Positions 52,103-62,831 of a stretch of DNA of 64,000 nt are shown in pieces; the stretch's first letter is position 1, and each line of letters begins with the position of its first letter. The DNA is from Candidatus Hydrogenedentota bacterium. Lineage in GTDB: Bacteria > Hydrogenedentota > Hydrogenedentia > Hydrogenedentales > SLHB01. Position numbers and translations under genes: made by a program. The DNA lies in NCBI GenBank assembly GCA_963745075.1, contig CAVUWV010000008.1, forward strand, positions 288,001 to 352,000, given 5' to 3'. The notes under the pieces are model-generated. The model was not told the origin of the DNA. It did not search any database and worked only from the letters and a program-made list of their open reading frames with translations.

Positions 52103-54106
52103 ATGTGGATGGCGACGATGGTACTCATGACGGCGACGGTGGGCGCGGGACCGCACCCGCACATCCTGGGACCGCTGCCGAACGGCGCCCCGCCGGCCGA
52201 AATGATGACCCTCTACCTGCGCGGAAAGTTGCTCGATGCCTTCGACCACCGCGCGGAGGTCCTCGAACAGGACCTCGCGACGCCGGAGAGCATCCTCGCG
52301 CGCGGCCAGCGCATGCGCGACTTCTTCGTCCAGCAACTCGGCGGCTGGCCGGAGAAAACGCCCTTGAACCCGCAAGTCGTCGGCGGTGACGAACGCGATG
52401 GGTTCCGCTACGAGAAGATCATCTACGAGAGCCGTCCCAACTTTTTCGTCACGGCGATTCTGTATCTTCCCGTGACCGACGGACCTTATCCGGCCGTCCT
52501 GGTGCCGTGCGGACACGACGCCACCGGTAAAGCCGCCGAAGCGTATCAACGCGCGGCGATATTCCTTGCTCACAATGGCGTCGCGGCCATGATCTACGAT
52601 CCCATCGGCCAGGGCGAACGTAGCCAGTTGCTTGACGCCGACGGCAAACAAAAGTACGGCGCGACCATCGAGCACACGATGACCGCGGTGAGCTGTATCC
52701 CGCTCGGACTCAACGTGGCGGGCTACCGCATCTGGGACGGCATCCGCGGCATCGATTACCTGTGCAGCCGCGACGACATCGATCCCGCGCGCATCGGGTG
52801 CACGGGCAACTCCGGCGGCGGCACCCTGACCAGCTACATCATGGCGCTGGACGAGCGCGTCCAATGCGCTGCACCGAGTTGTTACATCACGTCGTTGAAG
52901 AACCTCATCATCAAGGACGGGCCCCACGACGGCGAACAGAATATCGCGGGCGCGCTCGGATTCGGGATGGACCAAGGCGACTACATTCTCATGCGCGCGC
53001 CGAAACCGACGCTTATCTGTTGCGCCACGCGCGACTTCTTTCCCATCGCGGGAACCTGGGACTCCTTTCGCATTGCCAAGCGCGCGTATACGAAGCTCGG
53101 ATTTGAAGAGCGCGTGAACCTCGCCGAAGCCGACGAACAACACGGCTACACGCCGCTGCTGCGCCAGGCCATGGCGCGCTGGATGCTCCGTTGGCTGAAG
53201 GGCCTCGACGAACCTGTCGTTGAAGGCGATTTCGATGTGTTGACCGACGAAGAAGTGCAAGTCACGCCGAAAGGCCAGGTGCTACTGCTGGACGGCGCGA
53301 AATCGGTCTTCGACATCAACGCCGAAGTCGACGCAACGTTGGCGGAATCGCGCAAGACGGAGCCGAAGGAAAATGTACTCACGAAGGTTCGGGAGATCAC
53401 GGGGATTCGTCCCCTGGCGGATTTGCCCGAACCCAACGTCGTTGTCGTATCGGAAACGAAAGAAGACGGGTATGCGCTGCGCCGCGTCGTGCTCACGCCC
53501 GAGATTGGTATCGAACTCCCGGCGTACGTCTATGTTCCCGAGGCTTTCAACGGTGAAGCGGTCTGTGCCGTCGCAGCCGACAAAGGGGATATCGATGCCG
53601 ATTCCCTTGCCGTTCTCGCGCGGGGAGGCGCTCTAGTCATCGCGCCGGACCTGCGCGGGCTCGGTGAAACGACGTCCAACTGGACCCACGGCGAGGCCTG
53701 GGACCAGGCCTTCGGTCCCGGCTACAAGGCCACGGCCCTCGCGTATCTCCTGGGCCGTCCGATCCTCACGATGCGCGCCGAAGACGTGCTCGTGTGCAGC
53801 CGGTTTGCGGCCACGTACGAAAACGGCGGCGCACCGCGCCAAGTGCAGCTCCTCGCGCAAGGCGTCGCCGGTCCGCCCGCCCTGCACGCCGCCGCCCTCG
53901 AGCCCGACCTCTTCAGCAAGGTGCGGCTCGAACGCGCGCTTCTGTCCTGGTCCAGCGTTGTGCGCACCCCCGAAACCGTGCGGCAATACGAAAACACCGT
54001 CCACGGCGCCCTCCGCGCCTATGACCTGACCGACCTGGTCGCCTCGCTGGGCGACAAAGCGGAACTCATCGACCCGACCGACGCGCAGGGGCAACTGATT
54101 TACTAA
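52103..54106 (+). CDS. Acetylxylan esterase-like double alpha/beta-hydrolase
   Basis: PAVLVPCGH, YDPIGQGER, GCTGNSGGG; second degenerate domain (PDLRGLGET). Confidence 0.87.
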   Translation: MWMATMVLMTATVGAGPHPHILGPLPNGAPPAEMMTLYLRGKLLDAFDHRAEVLEQDLATPESILARGQRMRDFFVQQLGGWPEKTPLNPQVVGGDERDGFRYEKIIYESRPNFFVTAILYLPVTDGPYPAVLVPCGHDATGKAAEAYQRAAIFLAHNGVAAMIYDPIGQGERSQLLDADGKQKYGATIEHTMTAVSCIPLGLNVAGYRIWDGIRGIDYLCSRDDIDPARIGCTGNSGGGTLTSYIMALDERVQCAAPSCYITSLKNLIIKDGPHDGEQNIAGALGFGMDQGDYILMRAPKPTLICCATRDFFPIAGTWDSFRIAKRAYTKLGFEERVNLAEADEQHGYTPLLRQAMARWMLRWLKGLDEPVVEGDFDVLTDEEVQVTPKGQVLLLDGAKSVFDINAEVDATLAESRKTEPKENVLTKVREITGIRPLADLPEPNVVVVSETKEDGYALRRVVLTPEIGIELPAYVYVPEAFNGEAVCAVAADKGDIDADSLAVLARGGALVIAPDLRGLGETTSNWTHGEAWDQAFGPGYKATALAYLLGRPILTMRAEDVLVCSRFAATYENGGAPRQVQLLAQGVAGPPALHAAALEPDLFSKVRLERALLSWSSVVRTPETVRQYENTVHGALRAYDLTDLVASLGDKAELIDPTDAQGQLIY

Positions 54107-54164
54107 GCGATACCTGGGGATATGCAACCGCCAGAAGCCGATTTCGCGTGGCTGTGGACGGCTT

Positions 54165-54191
54165 GTAATACGATTTCTTAAAATGTAATAC
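54165..54191 (+). promoter_or_regulatory. NikR-like operator
   Basis: GTAATA-N15-TAATAC pseudo-palindrome in an AT-rich patch 35 nt before the metal transporter operon. Confidence 0.6.
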
Positions 54192-54226
54192 TCCATGCGG
54201 AACCGTACCACGTCGGAGGTAACCGC

Positions 54227-55012
54227 ATGAGCCGTATTACGTTCGCGCTGACCGGCCTGCTGGCCGTTCTTTTACCCGCCCCGGCATTTGCCCATTTCCA
54301 GGTGCTGCGTCCCTCGACGGACGTCGTGCACGCGGGTTCGACGAAAAACGTGACCCTCGATCTCGTGTTCACCCATCCCCTGGAAAACGGCCCGGTCATG
54401 GAAATGGCGACTCCCCGGCGGTTCGGCGTCCTGGTTGGCGGCGAAACGAAAGACCTGATGTCCCTGTTGACACCGGTGACGATTCAGGGCAAGCAGGCCT
54501 TCACCGCGACCTATGCGATCGATGCGCCCGGCGCTCACGTGTTCTTCGTCGAGCCCGCGCCCTACTGGGAACCCGAGGAGAAGAAGTCGATCGTCCACTA
54601 CACGAAAGTCGTCGTCGAAGCCTACGGCCTGCGCGAAGGGTGGGACGCCCTCGTCGGCTTCCCCGTCGAAATCGAACCGCTCACCCGTCCGTACGGATTG
54701 TGGACCGGCAACGTGTTCCAGGGTCTTGTGCGAAAGGATGAGAATCCCGTCCCCTTCGCCACCGTGGAAGTCGAATACCTGAACGACAAGAACGAAGTGG
54801 AACCACCGAATGACGCGCTGGTAACCCAGGTGATCAAGGCCGACGCAAACGGGGTCTTTACTTACGCTATGCCGCGCGCGGGATGGTGGGGTTTCGCCGC
54901 GCTGATCGACGGCGACGAAAGACTCCCCGGCCCCGACGGCAAACTAGCCGACGTTGAATTGGGTGGATTGATCTGGGTGAAAACCGTGGATATGACATCC
55001 GCGAAGCGTTGA
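54227..55012 (+). CDS. DUF4198 (NikK-like) periplasmic component of Ni/Co transporter
   Basis: Signal peptide ending AFA-HFQ, FTHP, EPAPYWEP, EIEPLTRPYGLW, GWWGFAAL. Confidence 0.88.
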   Translation: MSRITFALTGLLAVLLPAPAFAHFQVLRPSTDVVHAGSTKNVTLDLVFTHPLENGPVMEMATPRRFGVLVGGETKDLMSLLTPVTIQGKQAFTATYAIDAPGAHVFFVEPAPYWEPEEKKSIVHYTKVVVEAYGLREGWDALVGFPVEIEPLTRPYGLWTGNVFQGLVRKDENPVPFATVEVEYLNDKNEVEPPNDALVTQVIKADANGVFTYAMPRAGWWGFAALIDGDERLPGPDGKLADVELGGLIWVKTVDMTSAKR

Positions 55013-55019
55013 GGACCCC

Positions 55020-55652
55020 ATGCATCTAGCCGAAGGAATCGTTCCCCTGCCTGTACTCGCCGGTGGCGCGGTATTGGCCGCGGGCGGCGTGGCCATGGGA
55101 CTGCGCAAGCTCGATGAAGACCGCATCGTGCCCGTGGCGGTGATGGGGTCGGCATTGTTTGTCGCGTCATTGATACACGTTCCCGTGGGTCCCGCCGCGG
55201 CCCATCTCGTGTTGAACGGATTGGCAGGGCTTATTCTCGGTTGGGCCGTGTTTCCCGCCATGTTGGTCGCGCTGTTGCTCCAGGCGATTTTCTTCGGTTT
55301 TGGCGGCCTGACTACGCTCGGCGTCAACACCTTCAACATGGCCCTGCCGGGCGTACTATGTTTCCTGTTCCTCGGCCGTTTCATGAACGGCCGCGGCGCG
55401 CGCGGAGATTTCATCATTGGATTTGCCGCCGGGGTCCTGGGAATCGCGCTCTCCTGCGTACTGCTCGCGCTGACCTTGCTTACCGCCGGGCGCGAATTCT
55501 TCGCGTTGAGTTCCGCCGTGCTGCTCGCGCATCTGCCCCTAATGTTCCTGGAGGGAATCGTCACGGGTTCCGCCGTGGTGTTTCTGCGCAAAGTCCGGCC
55601 CGAGACCTTCTCCCTCGGGGCAGGAACGCATTGGAGTGCGGAACATGCGTAG
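55020..55652 (+). CDS. cbiM: Ni/Co ECF transporter substrate component CbiM/NikM
   Basis: MHLAEG N-terminus, SLIHVP, AHLVLNGL, LQAIFFGFGGLTTLGVN. Confidence 0.93.
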   Translation: MHLAEGIVPLPVLAGGAVLAAGGVAMGLRKLDEDRIVPVAVMGSALFVASLIHVPVGPAAAHLVLNGLAGLILGWAVFPAMLVALLLQAIFFGFGGLTTLGVNTFNMALPGVLCFLFLGRFMNGRGARGDFIIGFAAGVLGIALSCVLLALTLLTAGREFFALSSAVLLAHLPLMFLEGIVTGSAVVFLRKVRPETFSLGAGTHWSAEHA

Positions 55653-56256
55653 CGGCGTTATGCGAGTCTGTGTGTGTTGCACGCTGATGATGACCGCCAT
55701 TCCGCTCGCTTATGCCCATGCGCTCTATGTCTTCGCCACCGCAAACGACGGCGTTATACACGGAAAAACCTATTACCCATCCGGCCCCGCGGCGGGCATC
55801 CCGGTAACCGTGTTCGGCCCAAACGACGAAGTGTTGGGTACGATGAAATCCGGCCACGACGGAACCTTCACGTGGACGCCCACCAAAAACTGCGATCTGC
55901 GCTTCGTCGCCGAGACCCCCGAAGGCCATCGCGGAGAATTCACCATCGCCGCCGCGGAACTCCCCGGCACACTTCCGAAGTCCGAAACAGAGCCGCCCAC
56001 CGCTGCATCCGACGGATCGGACCGATCGGTCGGAGCCGCCCGATCTTCTCAGCAGGCAGCGGCCGAACCTCCCGCCGATCTGCAGCAACTCGTCGAAGAC
56101 GCGGTCAGCCGCGAGATCCGGCCGCTCCGCGAACAGATTGATGCCGCCGAACACCGCGCGCGGTTTCGCGACATCGTGGGCGGCATCGGTTACATCGTCG
56201 GCGTGGCCGGACTCTTCGCATTCTGGAAGAGTCGGGCAACCAGAGACCCACGCTGA
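55645..56256 (+). CDS. NikL/CbiL-like auxiliary component
   Basis: AYA-HAL signal cleavage site, GH motif, C-terminal RDIVGGIGYIVG TM. Confidence 0.8.
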   Translation: MRSGVMRVCVCCTLMMTAIPLAYAHALYVFATANDGVIHGKTYYPSGPAAGIPVTVFGPNDEVLGTMKSGHDGTFTWTPTKNCDLRFVAETPEGHRGEFTIAAAELPGTLPKSETEPPTAASDGSDRSVGAARSSQQAAAEPPADLQQLVEDAVSREIRPLREQIDAAEHRARFRDIVGGIGYIVGVAGLFAFWKSRATRDPR

Positions 56257-56257
56257 C

Positions 56258-57008
56258 GTGTTTACGGACGCCTTTCTCCACCTCGACTCCCCGATTCACC
56301 GGATCGACGCGCGCTTGCGCGTGCTGGTAGCCGTGGTATGGTCCTTCGCTGTCGCCGCCGTGCACGGTCCCGTTGCGGTGGCTGTAGGACTCGGTGCCGC
56401 CGTCATCTTGGCCGCAACGGCACGCTTGCCTCTAGGGGCTACGTTACGTCGATTGATCCCGTTGAACCTCTTTCTCATCGTGCTTTGCATCCTGCTGCCC
56501 TTGACCACGCCCGGTCCGGCTCTCTTCCATGTGCACACCGTAGCTGTGACGCGGCCGGGGGTGTTGGCGGCCTTCATCATTACCGCCCGCGCCAACGCCA
56601 TCGTCCTGATCCTTACCGCGCTGCTGACCACGATGGAGACGGCGGACCTGGGCCGGGCGCTGCGCGCGCTCCGCGTGCCGCCGAAGCTGGTCACGCTTTT
56701 TCTTCTCACCGGCCGGTACATCTTCGTGCTCCAGACCGAATACCAGCGGCTGCGGACGATCCATGCGCGTCCGCGCCTTTCGTCCCCGCACGAATCGGCA
56801 CACGTTGCGCACGCTGGGCTACCTGGTCGGGATGCTCGCGGTAAACGGGTTCGATCGGTCCGAGCGAATTCTGCACGCCATGAAATGCCGGGGCTACACC
56901 GGCGCGTTTCCCATGACAGAACCTTCGCCGATTGGCAGGGGCGACATCGGATTCGGCGCCATCGCGATGGCGTTCCTCGCCGTCGTTTTCTGGGCCAACA
57001 CGCTATGA
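56258..57008 (+). CDS. cbiQ: ECF T component CbiQ/NikQ; +1 frameshift ~56757
   Basis: SPIHRIDAR, LRVPPKL, RYIFVL; continues MRVRAF...AMKCRGY in ORF 56763-57008. Confidence 0.88.
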
Positions 57009-57658
57009 ACGGCACGCTCATCAAATTGGATGCGGTCACGTTCCGGTACGACGCGTCCCGCCCCGTGCTCGACAACATCAGCCTGTCGCTCGATGCGGGC
57101 GAACGGGTCGGACTGACCGGCCCCAACGGCTGCGGAAAGACCACGCTTTTGCACCTTCTGGTCGGCCTTCAGAAACCCGCGAGCGGAACCATCACCTGTT
57201 TTGGCGCGCCTCGCCGGACGGAATCCGACTTCCGCGAAGTCCGCCAACGGGTCGGCCTGCTGTTTCAGAATTCCGACGACCAACTCTTCTGTCCTACCGT
57301 GGCCGAAGATGTCATGTTCGGACCCCTAAACCTCGGCAGAAAACACGCCGACGCCCGCCGTCTCACCTCCGAGACGTTGCACCAGGTCGGTCTTGCCGGG
57401 TATGAAGACCGCATCACCTACCGCCTCTCCGGTGGCGAAAAACGGTTGGTCGCATTGGCGACCGTCCTCGCCATGCAGCCTGACGTGCTCCTCCTCGACG
57501 AACCCCTGGCCGGCCTCGATGAAGAACACGAAACACGCATCACCGAAATCTTGTTGCGCTTGCCTCAGGCCATGCTTATCGTCTCCCACGATCGTGGTTT
57601 TCTCGATCGCGTTACTCAACGCATCTGCGTCTTGCGGAACGCGGTATTGGAGGCGTGA
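57005..57658 (+). CDS. cbiO: ECF ATPase CbiO/NikO
   Basis: GPNGCGKTT, FQNSDDQLF, LSGGEKR, LLLDEP; ATGA overlap with cbiQ. Confidence 0.93.
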   Translation: MNGTLIKLDAVTFRYDASRPVLDNISLSLDAGERVGLTGPNGCGKTTLLHLLVGLQKPASGTITCFGAPRRTESDFREVRQRVGLLFQNSDDQLFCPTVAEDVMFGPLNLGRKHADARRLTSETLHQVGLAGYEDRITYRLSGGEKRLVALATVLAMQPDVLLLDEPLAGLDEEHETRITEILLRLPQAMLIVSHDRGFLDRVTQRICVLRNAVLEA

Positions 57659-57680
57659 ACACCATTGGAAATGTCTCGTC

Positions 57681-57766
57681 CGTAGCTTGGGCGTCCTCGC
57701 CCAAGGAATCTGGGGAGATCAACTATCTCTGGCGCAAGGATCTTGGGCGAGGACGCCCAAGCCACG
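57681..57766. repeat. REP doublet, family B variant (GTAG-CTTGGGCGTCCTCGCCCAAG)
   Basis: Inverted copies at 57681-57705 and 57742-57766. Confidence 0.8.
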
Positions 57767-57926
57767 AAAAACGTTCTCTCCTCGCGCCACACTTTGAAAT
57801 CGCACGCTGTCGCGTGTATAAGTCAGAAAGATCCCTATGCCTATCCGATGCCGTTTTTCATAAACTCATGCGCGATAGAAGTTGACGTAGTACCGGTATT
57901 GCCGAACCACAAAGGACCCTGATTCC

Positions 57927-60675
57927 ATGAGAACCGTAGCAATTGCCACTTTGTTGACGCTCATGATCGCGACCATTGCCGGCGCAGCCGATAACACCCT
58001 GTTAATGCGCGCGCCGTCCGGGAGCGCGTACGCCCAGCAGAACGAATCCGGCACGAACATCCTGCCGAACGGACGGTTCGTCACGCCCATGGGGAAGATG
58101 ATCCGCGTGCAGCCCCATCCCTACGGGATGACCATGAGTGCCGACGGCCGCTGGGTTATTGCGGTGTGCAGCGACGACCCGCAGTTGGCCATTCTCGATC
58201 TGGCGAATCCGGATGCGCCCGCGATCGCGCACATCCCGGAAAATCTCGGCGACGGCAAAGGCGTGCTCGACGCGGCCTTCATGGGCGCCGCCGTGGATCC
58301 CGCCAACAAGGTGGTCTACATCGCGGGCGGCGGCGACTGGAGCGTCATGGCCTTCAATCTCGAAACGCGCGAACGTTTGTTTCGCATTGACTGCGCCCAC
58401 AAGAACGACGATGGCGATTTCACGTTTGGCTACCTCGGCGACTTGCGTCTATCTGCCGACGGCAAGACCATTTACGCGGTGGACCAGTCGAATTTCCGTC
58501 TGCTCATCATTGACGTCGAAGGCCGGAAGGTGCTTCGCTCCATCGCCGTGGGGCGCTATCCTTTCGGCGTGACCTTGTCGCCGGACGGCACGAAAGCCTA
58601 CGTGGCCAACGTCGGCATGTATGAGTACTCCTACGTGCGCGACGACAAAGGCGGCATCGCGGCACTCGACTTCCCGCCGTTCGGCGTCCCGTCCAGGAAG
58701 GCGAAGAAGGGCGTCACCATCGACGGCAAGAAGGTCGAAGGCCTCGGCGATCCCAACGACATCCGCGGCATGTCCGTGTGGACGGTCGACATCTCGAAAC
58801 CGGGCGAGGAAAAAGTCGTCGGGAAGACGAAGACGGGTCACCTCGTCGGCGAGAAGCTCGAAGATTTCCCGGCGGTCGGCGGCAGCAGCCCCAACTCGAT
58901 CGCGGCCACGGAGCAATATGTCTATGTCTCGAACGGCAGCAATGACAGCATCACCGTCATCGATCCCAAGAGCGGCAAACGCGAACACGATATTGACCTC
59001 GTGCTCGACCCGCGCGTCAACCACATCCGCGGCATGATTCCCTTCGGCGTCGCCCTCTCGCCGGATCGCGAAGATCCTCTACGTTGCGGAAGCGGGCATC
59101 AACGCGGTGGGCGTCGTGCGGTTGTCGGACGAGAAAGTGCTGGGCCACATTCCGACGGCGTGGTTCCCGAGCAAGCTCGCCGTGTCGCCCGACGGCACGA
59201 AGCTCTACGTCTCCTGCGCGAAAGGCCTCGGCTCCGGACCGAGCGCGGGTCCGGGGCACAAGCAGGGCGATCCCACCGGAATCGGCGCACTCATGCGCGG
59301 CTACATCAACATCATCGACGTCCCATCGCAGCCGGAATTGGACGCCATGACGAAGCAGGTGGTCAAGAACAACGTTGACATTTATCCCTTGTCCGAAGAC
59401 CCCCGGCCAAAGGGGTTTCCGGTTCCGCCCGCGCCGGGCACGTGGAAGAGCCCCATCAAACACGTGATCTACGTGACGAAAGAAAACCGCACCTATGACG
59501 AAGTCTTCGGCGCGATGCCCAAAGGCCGCGGCGATGCGGAACTCTGCCGCCTCGGGCGTCCCATCGACGTGTCGAACAAGGACAACTCGCGCACGGTGAA
59601 AGACGTGGTCCTCATGCCGAACCACATCGCCCTCGCGAAACGGTTCGCCATCAGCGACAACTTCTACTGCGATTCCGACCATTCGGTCGACGGCCACCGC
59701 TGGCTCGTCGGCACCTATCCCAACGAATTCATGGAAGCGAAGATCGGCGAGAACGCCAAGGGCGACGGACCCGGCAACTTCATGTTTATCGGCTCATCCG
59801 GCGCCATCTATCCCGAGGATTACAACGAAGCCGGCGCCATCTGGGAACACTTCGCGCGCGGCAACCTGCATTTCCGCAACTACGGCCTCGGCTTTGAATT
59901 CAAACCGCAGAACGAGGAGCAGGAGTACAAGTATACCGGCATCCGGTTACCCATCAACTACCCTATGCCGGAGGTCCTGTACGAAAACACGTCGCGCACC
60001 TTCGCGACCTACAACACGAGCGTGCCCGACCAGTTCCGCATGGACATGTTCAAAGAAGAATTCGAGGAACGCTGGCTCAGCGGCAAGGAACCGTTCCCGG
60101 ACATCATCACCATGATGCTGCCCAACGACCACGGCTCCGGCGAACGGCCCGACGACGGCTATCCTTTCTGGGGATCGTACATGAGCGACAACGACCTCGC
60201 CCTCGGGCGGCTCGTCGAGATCATCAGCCACAGCCCCTTCTGGAAGGAAACGGTCATCATGGTCACGGAAGACGACGCCCAAGGCTACCGCGACACGGTC
60301 GACGCCCACCGCTCCGTCTGCATGGTCATCGGCCCCTATGCAAAGCACGACTACGTCTCCCACGACCACGTGAGCATGTCGAGCATTCTGAAAACCATGT
60401 TCCTCATCCACGGCCTGCCCGCCTTGAATCAGTACGACGGATTCGCCACGGATCTCCACGACATGTTCACGATGGAACCAAACAACGCGGAACCCTACAA
60501 CGCGCTACCGGTCAACCAGGAAATCTTCGATCCGCAGAAGGCCTTCGACCCCTTCGACAAGGAATTCGATTGGGAGGCCGCCGCGAACTACGTCGACGTG
60601 GACGACCAGGAATACCTCGACACCGACCCCTACGGCCAGAACGGCAAAGCCGGTCACGTCGCGCGGTCGGAGTAA
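57927..60675 (+). CDS. YncE-type beta-propeller / phosphoesterase (alkaline phosphatase superfamily) fusion; +1 frameshift ~59068
   Basis: VGRYPFGVTLSPDG repeats; IKHVIYVTKENRTYD, DNFY, DGHRW, LPNDH, VTEDDAQ. Confidence 0.88.
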
Positions 60676-60739
60676 GAACACGCCCCTGCACTCGTCCGTG
60701 TGGGTCCGTGTCTGTCCGTGCAAGTCCGTGTTTTCCGCC

Positions 60740-62275
60740 TCACACCGGCTCCGGCAACTCCAGCGTATCCCCGACGCGGGACTGCCACCCACGCAGTTCC
60801 CCGGTCAGCCGCTCGATGACCGCGCGGCTTTCACTTTGGTCGAACAAGTTGGTCGTGTCGCCGGGGTCGTCACGCAGATGGAAGAGCTGACTCGAATCGC
60901 CCACGTTCAACGTCAGTTTCCACCCGTCCGGCGAGATAACCGTGCGGGAATGGGGTCCGGACACCTTCGTCGCATCGCGGTTGGCGCCCGCGGGATTGCG
61001 GCCTTCAGGCATGGCTTGCGGCGCGTTCCATTCGACGAAGACCGGGTCCGTGGGCTTTGCGTCGCCCTTCATGACGGGGACCAGACTCTTCCCCGGCAAG
61101 GTATCCGGCTTGTCCGCCCCCAACAGATCCAGCACGGTCGGCACGAGATCGATGTGGCTGGAATTACCTTCCACGACGTGTTGTCCGCGTCCGGCGCGCG
61201 GATACCGCACGAGCCAGGGCACGCGCATGGCTTCCTCGTACATGTAACCTTTCTCGACGAGTTTGTGCGCGCCCATCATGTCGCCATGGTCGGACGTGTA
61301 CACGACGATCGTGTCCTCGGTAAGACCGAGTTCTTCGAGCGTGGCCAGGATCGCGCCGACGCTGCGATCGACCTCGCTCACCAGCCCCCAGTAATTCGCA
61401 ATGAGCCGCCGCCATCCGGCCTCGGTGCTTAAATCGAATTTGCCCGCATACTCGCCCGCGTATTTCTTCGAACGGATTCGGTAGGACAACGGTTCGTTGT
61501 CTTCCAGGGGGTCGAGATGGTTTGCGGGCAGCGTGACCTCGTCGAGGGCGTGCAGGTCGTTCAACGGACCCGTGAACGGCATGTGCGGTTCGAGAAAATT
61601 GACGTACAACATAAACGGTTCGTCGCGATACCGACGCAGGAAATCGCAAGCCTGCAGCTCCAGAAACTTCGGTTTGCTCTGCTCGATAGGCAGCGACGCG
61701 GCAAACCCCCGCGAATACCCGCCCCGATCCGTGTCGGGCGTATGGCCGAGGCTCGTCAGCCAGGCGGCGTAATCGCTGTTCTTGGTTGCGTCGCGAACTT
61801 CGCGGTAGTAGTGCCAGTATCCATCTTCGATGCTGCGCCACTCCTCGAACCCGTGCTGCGCGAAGATCTCGTCACCGAGATGCCATTTGCCGCAGTAGCC
61901 GGTGCGATAATCGTCATCGTTCACGATTTCCGGCAAGGTCGGCACATCGTAGGAGAGGGCGATGTTGTTTTGCGTGCAGCCGTTCTGGTGCGGCCACAAC
62001 CCCGTCATCACCGTCGAGCGCGACGGCGTACACACCGGCTGGCTCACGTAAGCGTTCTGGAACACGACGCTTTCCGACGCCAGTGTCGACAGGTTCGGCG
62101 ACCGGATGCGCTTATTGCCGTATACGTCAATCGTGTCCGCCCGCTGTTCGTCGGTCCAGAGCACGAGAAGATTCGGTTTGCGCCGCGCCGGGGCCGGCCT
62201 CGCCGGCACTGACGCGGCCATCGCCGCCGTTGCCGCCGACGCCAGGAAACTGCGGCGTGTAGGTTCTATCGCCAT
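60740..62275 (-). CDS. Formylglycine-dependent sulfatase, Tat-exported
   Basis: TRRSFL Tat motif, WTDEQR, CTPSR, GKWHLG, YTSDHGD. Confidence 0.93.
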   Translation of the reverse strand: MAIEPTRRSFLASAATAAMAASVPARPAPARRKPNLLVLWTDEQRADTIDVYGNKRIRSPNLSTLASESVVFQNAYVSQPVCTPSRSTVMTGLWPHQNGCTQNNIALSYDVPTLPEIVNDDDYRTGYCGKWHLGDEIFAQHGFEEWRSIEDGYWHYYREVRDATKNSDYAAWLTSLGHTPDTDRGGYSRGFAASLPIEQSKPKFLELQACDFLRRYRDEPFMLYVNFLEPHMPFTGPLNDLHALDEVTLPANHLDPLEDNEPLSYRIRSKKYAGEYAGKFDLSTEAGWRRLIANYWGLVSEVDRSVGAILATLEELGLTEDTIVVYTSDHGDMMGAHKLVEKGYMYEEAMRVPWLVRYPRAGRGQHVVEGNSSHIDLVPTVLDLLGADKPDTLPGKSLVPVMKGDAKPTDPVFVEWNAPQAMPEGRNPAGANRDATKVSGPHSRTVISPDGWKLTLNVGDSSQLFHLRDDPGDTTNLFDQSESRAVIERLTGELRGWQSRVGDTLELPEPV

Positions 62276-62428
62276 GGGTACGCTCCTCTCTCGGATTGGA
62301 TTGTGCACCGATCTCCATTCTGCGCGGGGGAAGTCGAACTGTCAATGAGTTGCAATTGTCACCGGCAATGTTCGATCCTCGTAGTAACGGAGGTACGGTC
62401 ATCTCCTGCAAGGGAAGTGTGTTGCTTT

Positions 62429-62818
62429 ATGCCGATTGAACACCGCATCGATCACGCGAAACGGCTTGTCCGGACGCGCGCGCACGGCAAGCTGACGGAT
62501 GACGAAATCCTGGCGTATCAGCGCGAGTTGCGAAGCCGGGACGATATCGCCGGATACCACGAACTATTTGATCTCACCGACGTGGAAGAATTCGACACCC
62601 TCTCCGCAGGCAAGTTGCGTGAGATCGCCGCGTCGGCCGCGAGCCTGGACTCCCCCGAACAACCCGCCAAGTGCGCCATCGTCGCGCCCCAAAGCTTGCA
62701 CTTCGGCCTCAGCCGCATGTACGAAGTGTTCCGCCAACTCCACCCCGGCACCACCAAAATCACCCGATCCTTCGCCTCCCGTCCAAGCGCTCTCCGCTGG
62801 CTCAACATCGAAGAGTAA
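62429..62818 (+). CDS. Hypothetical STAS/SpoIIAA-like small protein
   Basis: ELFDLT, KCAIVAP..LHFGLSRMY, F.SRPSALRWL pattern. Confidence 0.75.
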   Translation: MPIEHRIDHAKRLVRTRAHGKLTDDEILAYQRELRSRDDIAGYHELFDLTDVEEFDTLSAGKLREIAASAASLDSPEQPAKCAIVAPQSLHFGLSRMYEVFRQLHPGTTKITRSFASRPSALRWLNIEE

Positions 62819-62831
62819 AGGAGGGCGGCAC

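Noticed and set aside
56138..57658. Apparent 506-aa CbiQ-CbiO fusion
   Set aside because: Artefact of the +1 frameshift in cbiQ; the true CbiQ C-terminus is in another frame and ends at an ATGA overlap with cbiO.
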